From NCBI GenBank assembly GCA_010356995.1, contig ML996688.1, positions 124,001-188,000 of the forward strand: a stretch of DNA of 64,000 nt. Direction: 5' to 3'. A program made the position numbers and the translations under genes. The notes under the pieces are model-generated. The model was not told where the DNA came from and did no database searches. It saw only the letters and a list, made by a program, of their open reading frames with translations. Position 1 is the stretch's first letter, and the number at the start of each line of letters is the position of its first letter. Positions 37,181 to 48,972 of this stretch are shown here, in pieces. This DNA is from Trichodelitschia bisporula. Its lineage: Eukaryota.

Positions 37181-38542
37181 TCAGTCATGTCCGAGCACCT
37201 CCTCATGCAGCCCATCCCNNNNNNNNNNNNNNNNNNNNNNNNNNNNNNNNNNNNNNNNNNNNNNNNNNNNNNNNNNNNCCGCATCCACCGCAGCAAGCAG
37301 CGCCTCATCCAGCTCCGAGCAACTCCCATAACTCTCAGACGACGCCTGCGATACCTGCGAAGCCTGCGACAGCTGAATCTCCTCATCAACCAGCGCCTCG
37401 ACGTCCTGGGTCGATAACCCGAAGGCAGCCCAGCCCTGAGAGCTTTGAGTCTGCAGCGTGGACGCTTCGACTACGCGGGGAGACTTCGACGACGTATCGA
37501 TGGGTTCGACAAACTGCGTTGGTGTTTTGACTGACGGTACAGGGGTCTCCTTCTGCGGAGTCGCTTTGAAGGAGATTTCGAGAGCTTCGCTCAGGTCCTG
37601 GGTCGACCAGCCGAACTGTTCGAAGCCGGAGGATTGGGGCGCGTCTTGGAACTGGGGCTGTGTGATCTTCTGAGGAGCCTTTGCGGGTGGCGTGGTGGGC
37701 GCTTTTGGTTCCGCGACCGTAGTCTTGTTCTCCATACTGGGGTCCCTAGCGTGAGCGTCTTTGACTGGACAAGGCTTATGCGGAGGCTGTATCCTAGAAT
37801 TTAGCGTTTGATTCACATCCCGTGATCTTCGAACTGGAAGCTGAGGAACCAAAAACTGCCCATCGGGCTTGGGCGCCGGACGTGCCGGTGGTACGAGATT
37901 TTCTGATGCCCTGCTTATAGTGGGCTCACAACAGGCGAGGAGATTCTCGACCCGGGCAATTTCTGCCATGATGTCGGGCTTTTCGGGAGTCGGCTCATAC
38001 GGCTTGTCTTTGCGAAGGGGCGAGTCCGTTGATTTCGGTGAGGAGGAAGTGATGACTGGAGAAGCTGGTCCGGGGCCTAAGGAAAGCTTGATGACAGGAA
38101 CAGGGGTGATCGGGGGCGGAGAAGAAGCTGGCGGTGGAGAGACAGGCTGAGGAGACTTCGGCGTCTCAGGCTGACACTCCTCGCTCGGCCTCTTCCGCTT
38201 AAGGCCGACAAAGTTCTCCATCCAGTTCTTCGTCTTGATCTGAGTGCGGTTGTAACCTGCGAGTTGAGTCGCAAGACCGATACCCAGTTCCTGACGTTTC
38301 TCTTCCTCCCTCTGCTGCTGAATCTCACGCTTCTTGCGCGCCTCCTTGCGCCGCTTCTCCTGGTCCCGGAGCATTTGGGCACGTTGGTCGTCGGCGGCGC
38401 TTTGCTCGAGGCGCTTGAGTTCTTTCTCCGTTAAGCGCGGTCCATGCTTGTTGTACTGCTTCTTCGCTTGTTTCGATGTCATAGGGGCGTATGTCTCGGG
38501 TCGGAAGGACATTGCCTTCTCCTCATATTGTTTGGGAGGCAT
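37181..38542 (-). CDS. Fungal hypothetical protein (charged coiled-coil N-terminus, Pro/Ser-rich tail); 3' end crosses an assembly gap
   Basis: Long ORF MPPKQYEE..MTSKQAKKQY..; stop position depends on the true gap size. Confidence 0.75.
   Translation of the reverse strand: MPPKQYEEKAMSFRPETYAPMTSKQAKKQYNKHGPRLTEKELKRLEQSAADDQRAQMLRDQEKRRKEARKKREIQQQREEEKRQELGIGLATQLAGYNRTQIKTKNWMENFVGLKRKRPSEECQPETPKSPQPVSPPPASSPPPITPVPVIKLSLGPGPASPVITSSSPKSTDSPLRKDKPYEPTPEKPDIMAEIARVENLLACCEPTISRASENLVPPARPAPKPDGQFLVPQLPVRRSRDVNQTLNSRIQPPHKPCPVKDAHARDPSMENKTTVAEPKAPTTPPAKAPQKITQPQFQDAPQSSGFEQFGWSTQDLSEALEISFKATPQKETPVPSVKTPTQFVEPIDTSSKSPRVVEASTLQTQSSQGWAAFGLSTQDVEALVDEEIQLSQASQVSQASSESYGSCSELDEALLAAVDAXXXXXXXXXXXXXXXXXXXXXDGLHEEVLGHD
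37219..37278. other. Assembly gap (60 N)
   Basis: Run of N. Confidence 1.
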
Positions 38543-39559
38543 GGTGATGGCGTATGAAAACAAGTGAATTCCAAAGGACAGGTGCAAAAGGTTGTGAGAA
38601 AGGAAACATGGCCCCCAAAACACCGGTAGATATATCTCGAATGTGGTGTAAACACGTGATCACGTGACCTCCAAGACGCGCAAACCGGGTTGTATGGTGC
38701 GCACCGGTCAGCCGGAGCCCGTAGTAAGTGTTGTTCCAGCCACTTTGGTTGAGTGTTTGCTGGAATGAGCGAGGCTTGAGATTGGTGGTGTTGTCTGGAG
38801 AGGCACAGGATGCAAAGGAGTGTTGAATGTTTGGTGGTGGTTGTGAAGATGTCACCAACAGTGGCGTCAGGAGGGCAACGGGGTGGCGCTGGACCCCTGA
38901 CCCAGGGCCGGGACTAAGCGAGATGGAATTACGCAAGGCGAGACACAATGCGATCGCGATATGGTTGGCTGATGACTTGAAAGCATCACAACATCTTGGT
39001 CTATCTGATTATGAAGAGACGAGGTAGACAAGAGCGAATGCTGCTTCCGCAACTATGTTTAGGAGGAAATTGCCGTTACGCACATCTCTGAACACAGCAT
39101 GAGAAGGCACGGTAATGTCGCACAAATAGACTGTTCTCAAATAGGCAGGTAAAATCGACTGCTTCAGGCATTTGAAGTATGAAGCCGCCCATCCTCAGCT
39201 CGATTGGCTTTCACCCGCAAGGCTGAGGCTCAGGATTTGCAAGTACCTGTTGCTGCCCTAAAGTCGAGGGTATTTGTGGAGTGTTGGAAGCAACGATGAT
39301 TCATCACCAACTGTTATCCGGCAACGAACATTGACGCGCCATACTTCTCTGGGCAAGATACTCTATTTACGGCGTCAAGATAAACCGAAAACTCCCTGTA
39401 GTAATATGCTAACTTCTGGAAGTGTTGCTCCGTCTAGTGAGCAGACTGGGATGGGAATGCCTAGAGTCGAGAATCTCATCTGCAGCCAACCTTGATGCTG
39501 TGCTCTGCGCCACACTTTCAGGCCAGAAAGGTAAAGTAGACGTCTCGACTCCTCCATCA

Positions 39560-39772
39560 TGATGTAGACATGGAAGGAGCATTGTTATGCTGGGAAGGAG
39601 CATATGTATCGGAGGAAGGGACATGATGTAATGTGCTCAAGGCTAAGGGAAGTAGTATTGAAGGATCTCGTGTATATTCCCGAGAGTCTCTTCCTCTCTT
39701 CCTCTCTTCATCTTTACTTCCATCTTCAGTTTTACAATTGCCTTCGCTTGTAATGAGCCGTTGCTCCCATCA
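39560..39772 (+). mobile_element. Solo LTR with 5-bp target-site duplication CATCA
   Basis: TGATG...CATCA termini; CATCA at 39555-39559 and 39773-39777; homologous to 43956-44150. Confidence 0.8.
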
Positions 39773-40790
39773 CATCAACTCAAAAAGGTGGCCATTATTC
39801 AGTCTCGGGCACGGAGAACCGGAGCAATCATGCCACGTCTGCACAGCAGTTCCAGCCTCTTTGCAGACGCGCTGCAGTAACCTTTCCCGTACAGATGCAT
39901 TGTCTCGAATAGGACTCAACACTAAATTGACAGCACGCCAGCCCATCTCGGGATTCGACTTGCCGAGACCCGTTCCTCGCATTCAACCCCACGCCGTATG
40001 TACGGTACCAATGCTGACCGCCGCTCCCTGACCGTCTCCCACCATCCCGCGACTAGTGGCGTTCGCAACGGCAAGCGGCAGAGCTAGAGATGATGTTGGG
40101 GAAAAGTCTGGGGAAACTAAGCGGGGATACTTGGCGCCAACAGGGTCCGGACATCTCCAAGGCCGCGAGAAAGACCGTTCCGGAAGACCTCCCGCGAACA
40201 AGGCGCAACGGTTCCACGATCGCTCCACAGCAAACCCTAAATCAGTCGCAAATTACCCTCAACCATAACATGATAGCGCTCCTACTACCGGTAACGCGGC
40301 CATACACTAACTGAGGCTCAAAAGCACAACCGCGCCTCCACGCGTCGCCCCGCCCAGTATCCCCGCAATTGCGCAGTCGTCTGATCCCAAGCACAATCGG
40401 ACCGGGAATCTGGCACATCCGCGCACGCAAACCATTTTCCCATGCGCGGCTGCCGCCCCCGGCCAGCCCTCCGCCCCTGAGCGGCATGCGTTACCCTGTC
40501 CGATGTCTGCGGCCCTACTTTGTGGGGAGGCCGCAGTATCAACGGCTACCGGCTGCCGGATCATGGTAGCCGAGTATGCGCGCCGCGCGCGCCCCCCGCG
40601 AATTAGCCCCAGCCTCTGTGGGCAATAGTGGTATTTGACTATGCATGTTGGAGTGGTAGGGACCCTGTGGGGTGGTTAGTGCGATGGCTCGTGTGTTCCG
40701 ATGAGGGCGAGGCTGGATGAGTATATATGAAGTGTGCTGGCCGGGTGCGAAGGTCACTCACCCCACTCTACTCCTCCTTCATCATCCATC

Positions 40791-42721
40791 ATGTCAAGCA
40801 CGAATCTCCCTCCATATGCTGGTTCGGTGTCCGCCGATGTGCGGCGGCGCCTGAATGGCCCCATCCACGCTGAGCGCAAGGTCAAGGTCATCTGTGTCGG
40901 TGCCGGCGCGTCGGGCCTGTGCTTCGCGTACAAGATCCAGAAGCACTTCCAGAACATCGACCTTACGATCTATGAGAAGAACACGCAGATCGCGGGCACA
41001 TGGTTTGAGAACCGCTATCCTGGGTATGTGCGCCGATTTGAAATGGGATGCCTATATTGACTCCACCAGCTGCGCCTGCGACGTCCCGTCCCACAACTAC
41101 ACATACTCCTTTGAGCCTAAGCTGGACTGGACGGCCGTGTACTCCGGCAGCAAGGAGATCTACGACTACTTCTACGACTTCGCGACCAAGTACCAGCTGC
41201 ACAAGTTCATCCAGACCGAGCACCAGGTTGCGGGCGCGTACTGGAACACGGACAAGAATGGCTACGACGTTGAGATCAAGAACCTGAAGACCGGCGAGGT
41301 GGTCAAGGACTTCTGCGATGTGCTAGTCAACGCTGGCGGTGTCCTGAACAACTGGCGCTGGCCTGCTATCCCCGGCCTTGACAAGTACAAGGGCAAGCTG
41401 CTGCACACTGCCAACTGGGATGACTCTGTCCAGCTTGAGGGCAAGCATGTTGGTCTGATTGGCAACGGGTATGTTTATTCTCGCTTTTGTGGTCGCTTCG
41501 CTAACAATCCAGTTCCTCTGGCATCCAAGTCCTCCCAACCATCCAGCCCAAGGTCTCGAAGGTCACGACCTTCATCCGCGAACCGACCTTCGTCTCCCCC
41601 GTGCAAGGCCTCGAGCAGCACGTCTACTCGGACGAAGAAAAGCGCGAATTTGCCAGCAAGCCCGGCGTTCTCCTCGAATACCGCAAAAAGGTCGAGCGCG
41701 GCATGAACGGCCAATTCGGCATCTTCCTCAAGAACACCAACGTCAACAACGACACGCGCGCCTACATGCTCGAGCAGATGCGCTCCAAACTCCCCGACCC
41801 CTTCCTGCAGGAGAAGCTCATCCCGAATTGGGCGGTTGGATGCCGCCGCCTGACACCCGGTGTCGGGTACCTCGAGTCCCTCTCCAAGCCCAACGTGTCT
41901 GTCGTTTATGGTGAGATCATGGAAGTGACGGAGAAGGGCTGCGTCTGCGATGATGGCAAGGAGTACCCCGTCGATGTCCTGATCTGTGCCACGGGCTTCG
42001 ATACCGGGTTCAAGCCTCGCTTCCCGATTGTCAATCCTTCGGGGCGCAATCTGCAGGACGCGTGGAGCGGGAATGCGGAGGCGTATCTCGGCCTCGCCGC
42101 TGCTGACTTCCCCAACTACCTCATTTTCCTCGGGCCGAACTGCCCCATTGGCAACGGCCCCGTCATCTCAGCCATCGGTGCGTCCCCTCCCTCCCCCCTT
42201 TCATTACCCCCTTCAGTTTGCCCTTGCTAACACTTCCTGCAGAGGCCCAAGCGGACTACTTCTGCAAAATGCTCGACCGCTACCAAACCAACAACATTAA
42301 ATCCTTCTCCCCGAAGCCCGAAGCCGTCGCCGACTTCATCGCCCACAAGGATTGGTTCATGCAGCGCACAGTCTGGCACGACCCCTGCCGGTCATGGTAC
42401 AAAGCTGCCGGCCCCGAAGGCAAGATCACGGCTCTGTGGCCGGGGTCGACGCTCCACTACATGGAAGCCCTCGAGGAGGTGCGTCTCGACGACTGGGTGA
42501 TCCAATATGACGGGAACCGGTTCGCGTGGCTTGGGAATGGCTACTCGCAGACGGAACTTGATGAGACGTGTGATTGGGGGTACTATGTCCGCGAATATGA
42601 TGACGGCGAGCCGCTGAGCCGGGGCGTGCGCAGGAAGGTGCTGACAAAGAGTGGGACTGTGAAGGATAATACCGGGGTGAGTATTACGGGGTTTCAGGGG
42701 GATGAGGCGGCGAAGTTGTGA
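40791..42721 (+). CDS. Flavin-containing (Baeyer-Villiger-type, StcW-like) monooxygenase (introns 41024-41069, 41469-41512, 42178-42242)
   Basis: GAGASG, GTWFENRYPGCACDVP, YKGKLLHTANW fingerprint, IGNGSSG, CRRLTPG, ICATGFD, LWPGS. Confidence 0.96.
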
Positions 42722-42848
42722 GCTGCACTGCAGCTTACTACCGCGAGAGAGGATTTGTACATATAACGACCAATGCGAGCTTTGAATTGATGTTGGTTTG
42801 CTACTTTTGGGCCTTGCGTTGCGATGCCCGGTTTTGAGCTGGATGTGT

Positions 42849-43183
42849 CTACCATCCCCGCCCGTCACGGCCTCCACGGTCCCAGTCCCGACCTCCGCGA
42901 TCCCAGTCACGCCCGTCACGCCCGTCGCGGCCTCCGCGGTCCCAATCACGCCCGTCGCGGCCTCCGCGGTCCCAATCACGCCCGTCGCGGCCTCCGCGGT
43001 CCCAGTCCCGGCCATCACGACCGCCGCGGTCCCAGTCACGCCCACCGCGGTCGTCGCGGTCCCAGCGCTGCGGGGCGGCGAGGGCGAGGGCGCTGGGATG
43101 TTAGATTTGGGTTGAACAGAGAGAGTCGGCAAGGCTCACCTCATGGAGAGCAGGGCGAGGACTGCGAGCTTGAAGCTGACCAT
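42849..43183 (-). CDS. 95-aa secreted R/D/G/W tandem-repeat peptide (intron 43093-43139)
   Basis: AAAATG start; MVSFKLAVLALLSMSALALAAPQ signal peptide; GTGAGC..CTAAC..CAG intron; then (RDWDRGGRDG)n encoded by 30-bp repeats, ending GW-TAG. Confidence 0.88.
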
Positions 43184-43955
43184 TTTGGGTTGTAGCGAGT
43201 GTGTGCGGGGAATGAGTGGCGGTTGATGTTGCTGAGAGGAATGAAGAGGGAGGTTTTATACCCGTGGCTGCGCTAGCATGTCAATGTCCACCGGGAGATG
43301 TCGTGATATTCCATTCTTCCATCTCGGGTAATCCAAATGAATCCCCGCACGGAAGGGAGAGTTGGGCGTCGTATGCGGACACTCTGGGGAAAGTTTCACT
43401 CCGTTAGGCTTTACCGAATATGGCTGTGGCGTGGTGTGGAGCGTGTACTTCGTGGTGAACTGCCGGGATGTCGTCAGCTGGCGATAGTAAGCTTGTCCTG
43501 GTACCTGAGCGGTGGACCCTGCGGAGTTTGTTTGGGCGAACGACCCGGTGGAGGGGCCGGGCACCAGGTGGGTGGGTTTGCGGGGTGATGACGTGGAGGC
43601 CGGGATTGGGCGTTTAGGGTTGAGAGCCGGTGGGTGCTGATATTAGGCTGAGGGCTGAGAGAGTGATATTTGGCTTATGGGGCTGTGATGAGCTTCACCT
43701 TTGGAGTAATGTTGAGGTGGGGAAATAGTTGGCATTACGTTTTGAAGGCATCAGAGAGTACTGCGATGGGTTGTCTACGGAGGTGAATCTCGGGTACTTG
43801 GTTGAGGAGAGTGGATTTGCCTGACATCACGACATTACGGAGGGGGTGTATAGGGCCACGGGAAGGAAGGAATGGAACGATGATGCCAGTTGACATTGTA
43901 TGGCGGCACTTGCATATATCTATTCCGTACCTCAACCCGCGATGCTCGCGTCCCC

Positions 43956-44150
43956 TGATGTAGACATGGAAGGAACTTACTGAGGGACATGAGGTCATGA
44001 GCGCATGATGGAAAGAAGGAGTAAAGAAGGATGTTGGGCATTGTGTATTTAAGTCTTGAGAGTCTCTGACTCTGTTTCTCTTTCCGTCTTTATTTCAATC
44101 TTTAGTTTGCCCAGTTGCCGCTGCGCGTGTTGGAGCCTTTGCTCCCATCA
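43956..44150 (+). mobile_element. Solo LTR, same family as 39560
   Basis: Shares start TGATGTAGACATGGAAGGA, internal AGGGACATGA and GAGAGTCTCT, and end TTGCTCCCATCA; flanks TCCCC/TCGCA match only partly. Confidence 0.75.
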
Positions 44151-44177
44151 TCGCAGTCATTTCGCAATATCAACCGC

Positions 44178-45113
44178 TTATTTCACGGTGAAACCACTGC
44201 AAAGCGTCAGCAATCAATCCAGCAAGATCGGTGCACGAAAGTAATCGGCGGACACCCTCCCCAAAAGGGACTCGAGTGCATCTACAACACCAGCACCACC
44301 AGCCCAAGGGAAAAAAAAAGGAACAGGAACCACTCACCCATCAACCACCAACCCCGCCCCAGTCATATAACTCGCCCTCTCACTCGCCAAAAAGGCAACC
44401 GCATCCGCAATCTCCTCCATCATACACATCCTCCCCATCGGCACCTTTGCAATCTCCTTCTCCATAACCCCCCCACTCGTAACGCTCATAAGCGGCGTAT
44501 CCACATACCCAGGACACATGGCATTAATCCGCACCCCCTCCGGCGCATACAGCACCGCATCCGTCTTCGTAAGCCCCATGACCCCGTGCTTGGAGCTTGT
44601 GTACGCCGTCGCAGGCGTAAGCTCCCCGCTCGCAATCAAGCCTAGCATGCTAGCCGTGTTGACAATCGACCCGCGCACCGCGCGCCGCCCCGTCCCCTTG
44701 CGCTCCTGCTTGAGCATAACCCGCAGCTCCGCCCGCTGGCACAGCCACACGCCCGTCAAATTAACATCCAAGCACCTCTGCCAGTCCTTGAGCGCCGCTT
44801 CCGCGCCCCCCTTCTGCGGCCCGGCAATCCCAGCATTATTAACAGCGACATCGAGGCGTCCAAACTTCTCAACCGTTTTTGCAATAGCCGCGTCGACGGC
44901 GGCCTCGTTGCTCGTGTCCAGCGTGATGAGTTCGACGACTACATTGGGGTGACGACGGGAGAGCTCGGCGGCGGTGGTGGAGAGCCCGTCTTTGTTTATG
45001 TCGGCGAGGGCGAGGTTGGTGATTCCGTCGCGCGCGAAGGCGTAGGCGACGGATTGGCCGATGCCGGAGCCGGCGCCGGTTATGAAGGCTGTGCCTGAGA
45101 GGAGGGTGGACAT
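44178..45113 (-). CDS. Short-chain dehydrogenase/reductase (intron 44197-44337)
   Basis: TGAGSGIG, NNAG, YTSSK, INAMCPG; C-terminus VDGGFTVK after splicing. Confidence 0.96.
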
Positions 45114-46375
45114 GATGGCGAATGTAGTGAGCCGAATCGAAGCGAGCCGAGCGTAGCGAGACGAAACGAAGCAAGGTGAAGCGGAGCTGAAGTCGTGGTA
45201 CCGCAAGTCGAGGATAATCCCCAAACCCCGCGCCGCAACCGCTTTGATATGTACTCTCCTCCACTCTCACCATGCCCCACCCGCGGGGCGCCTCTTCCCC
45301 ACGTCTCCCCCGCAAACGCGTCGCTAGCCCCGGACGCTGTTCTTGCCAATGCGATGCGGGGCCGGATGTCGCGCGCCTGGCCCTGGCCGCATCGATCGGG
45401 TGTGCTTATCCCACTCGGGCCGTGTGCTCGGCATGCCGCTAACGGGCGGCGTGTGCCGGTGGAGCCTTGGGGGCGGAGACTGGGGCGGGACCTGGGGTAT
45501 GTTGGCGTGATGTGGGTTTGCGGGGGAGAAGGGGATAATTGTGGGGTAGGTGGGTGGGGGGGTGACGTGGTTGGCTGGTGGGGGAAGTGTCGTGGTCGGA
45601 AGGGATGGGATTGGGCTGCTTGGTGATGATAGCCTCGTCCGTTCGCCCGGAGGCATAAACTGTCTACGCGGCTAGGTGAACGGAAGCCTTGTGGTTTCAG
45701 ACGAAGTGCCCCTGCAGTCGAACCTAAACATCAAAACTCGGATATCACGGCGTCACGCAAAGTCGCTAATGAAAAATGGTTATTGTCATCGCGAACGATC
45801 CAGCCTATCCCTCATCCCATGGTCTATGGACTGTACAGAACCATGAGAACGTCAATAGGCGGGAATAAGTCGTAAAATCGTGGTCTCATACGTCAGCCTC
45901 CATTCCCATCCATCCTGCATACTCTTTCCCCGCTTCCAGCATCATGTCACCCAGACAACAATAGTCAAGGCTGCTACGCCGCGTCTATGCGTAGCAAGGA
46001 GAAGAAGCAGAACACAAATCATGGACAGCGAAAGATCTCGAAACCCAGATTCCGCAAGGAAAGGAAGCAAAGCAAGACCCCCTCCCCACCCCCCTTTTTT
46101 TTCTTCAGAATACCTCCGGAACACCGTCGCTATCGTGGTCTGTCGTTTCATTTTTCGTTCGTATCAGTAGAGCAACCATATACTCCGCGTCATCCACCGC
46201 ATATCGAGTCAAGCTGATTTTTACGAGGAAAGGGAATAAAGGGGTAGGATTAGTCCGTCGGAAAGCATTCCGCACACAGATGTCGCACATGAAGTTGTAG
46301 TCGTAGATAGCAGCTGTAGTTCCCGTGATCGCAGTAGGCGTAGTTTCCGTGGTCGCGGCAGTAGTTTCCAGCAGG

Positions 46376-47943
46376 CTAGAACTCCATCCCCTCCGCCCCG
46401 TTAATAAACGGCGAAGCATCCATCCTCCCCTCCCCGTACCCCCTGGGCGTCCGCGGCTCACTCACCGTCTCCGGCGAATCATAGAACAGCCTCTCCCCAG
46501 CGGGCACGAAGTGATACTCCGGCTGACTCATCACATCCGGCGAGCTAGGGCAGGACACAAGCATGAGTCCCTGGCTATCAGGCACCCCCGCCGGTGTCTC
46601 CAACCCAGCATACGGGTTCTCATCCCCATACACAAAGTACGGCGTCGGCTGGCGAGTCAACGGCTCGGACGTGAACTCGCCCAGCACCCCGCCGCGCCCC
46701 GGGCTACCCAGCGTGCCCGCCCTAACCGGCCCGCGCCCCGGGCCTCGGATCACGCCCCGCGACCGCAGCACGGCCCCGGCTTCGGTCAGGCTGTGCCGTA
46801 TCTCGCGCAGGCGCTCCGAGCGGCGCAAAGCCGCGGCTTTGCGCGCCATTTCGCCGCCTTTGGCGCCGGAGGCTTGGCGGTGCGGTGCTGGGTTGTGCGA
46901 TTTGGAGCCGCGCTTGTTGGGCTGCTTGTTGCGGTAGCGGGTTGTGGATTGCACGCGGCCTTCGCGCAGGGCTTGGGCGGAGAGACGCCATTGGTAGCCG
47001 CGCTTAGCGTCGTCGCCGGCGGGGAGCTCGATTTTTTCGAAGGCCTAAGAGGGGGGGTTAGAACTAGGGGGCGGGAACTAGAGGAGGGGGAGGGTACCTT
47101 GTTCATGGACAGATTGTGGCGGATGCTATTCTGCCAGCCACGCTCATTGGGATCACGGCCCTTGTCGGTGTGCTCCTTGAACCACTCGTAGATATCGCGG
47201 AGGACCATGGTGTGATTGGGCGCTTGCTGGAGACAGCGGAAAATGGACTTTGCATATGGCTCCTGGCGGTCGTCTTGCGAGTCGGGGTTTTCTTCGTTTT
47301 CGTCGTCGAAGGGCGTGGCGGAGGGTTCCTTGTTTTCGATGAGGTCTTGGTTCATCATGAAGGGACTGTGCTGGAGACTCGGGCCTGGCTCGGTCGTCGC
47401 CATAACGCGCTGTTGCTGCATGACGGAGTAGTTGTCTTGGTTTTCGAAGCCGGTGTATGCTTCGAGATTCGATGGCATGCGGTCGGCGCGCTGATCGAGC
47501 TGGTAGGCCGACGGTGGAAAGGCCGCGCCCTCCAGGTTGTTGCCCAAGTACTCTATGCTGCGCGGACGCGAGAGATCGAGCGGCGGATCTGAAGGCCACA
47601 GAACGTTGTAGCTGTTCGACGGACCAGGCGTGTTGACAAGATGCGGGTGTGGTTGTTGATACGGACTCTGAAAGTAGACGGCGGGCGGAGGACAGATTTG
47701 GTAGTGCGGAGGCTCGCGAACAGGCACACTTTGTTCGAAAGTTGATGGCCAGGAGACGGAGTTGCCATTCATCAGAAGCGCCAAGTCCTCCACATATTTG
47801 GGGAGGCCGCTGTGTTGGCTCTCGTGGTGCTCTGCGTCGATGCTGACATCAGCGGAGGGGAGCATCGTGAAAAGATTTCGCTGTCGGGGAACGGAGGAAG
47901 GAAAAACCGCTGCGGAATTGCCGTTTGGCCCCGAGCTTGCCAT
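46376..47943 (-). CDS. Forkhead-domain transcription factor (intron 47045-47097; start uncertain)
   Basis: EPYAKSIFRCL..MVLRDIYEWF..GWQNSIRHNLSMNK|AFEK..W..GVQSTTRYR. Confidence 0.93.
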
Positions 47944-48972
47944 CACTTATCTTCACAGCTCGAAGATCGGAACTGGTGGGAGGCGAGATGGAAGATGGAG
48001 GTATGCCTAGGATGAGTGACCTGTACGTCTCCCCACGCCCGAATAAGGAGACGGATGAGACATTTCTAGTGGCGGGGATTTTACGATTGAGCGCAAGACG
48101 CGGGGCTGCAGTCATCAGCGGATGCCAGCGCATGCCATGCCGAAAGGCTGTTCCGCGGCAGCAGCAGCAAACAGAAACCGGCGCAGACACATCGTCCTCC
48201 GGGCCAGGTGGGACTGGCCATCACGCCAGGATGAGGCTGGCGACCTGCCCCAAGCAGGGTCTGGCAAGTGCCTTTGCAGGATCCAAGCAGAGGGCCGAAT
48301 GACAAAACAGAAGGGGAATAATGTGACCGCTTGTGTGACTTGCTTGACTGCTAACACCAACCGTTTTCAGTCGAACAATCGACCAGCGGATACGTGCATC
48401 CCCGCCAGTTCCTGGCAACAGAGCCAGCCAATGGTTTGACCTGCGTGTCAGTATTCTGCTGAGGCCCGCAACCCGCCATTCTGCGCTGCCTTCTAGAATT
48501 TATGTTCCGGTAGGCTCGGATAATCGTCAGGGGCGGAGGGGGGGGGGTGTCGCCCCCCCCCCCCCCCCCCCAGCCAGTTACACACGAGTAGCCGACGAGA
48601 AATCATAAAGGTACGTCCCCACCGGTGTTGCACCCAAGCAGCAGCCGCATTGGGCATGGGCCGTTGGCGGGACTGGCAGGGGAATCGTACTGGTTAGCGT
48701 GAGGGAGGGGGGCGCGCTGCTTGAGGTGACTTCAGGGCCCGAATACTCGGCAGACAAGACTGCGCCTATGGCTCGTAACACAGACTCTTGGGGCCTAGCG
48801 CCCAAGTTTATGTTGCCACGTTCATGAAGGCCCCTGGTTGATCTGCCAAGGCCGGTACCCTTCCACTTCAGACGAAAGGCGAAGCTGTGGCTGTGCACTG
48901 ATCAACGTGCTTTCTCAATACGCCCAATGTGGGGCAGTGGATTACATTTCTACTCAGGTAGCGGCCGTAAGC

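Noticed and set aside
42860..43060. CRISPR-like array
   Set aside because: Head-to-tail coding repeats with no unique spacers, in a eukaryotic gene
39560..44150. Composite element with two LTRs capturing the monooxygenase and peptide genes
   Set aside because: The left LTR has its own TSD, the two copies are diverged, and the enclosed genes retain introns
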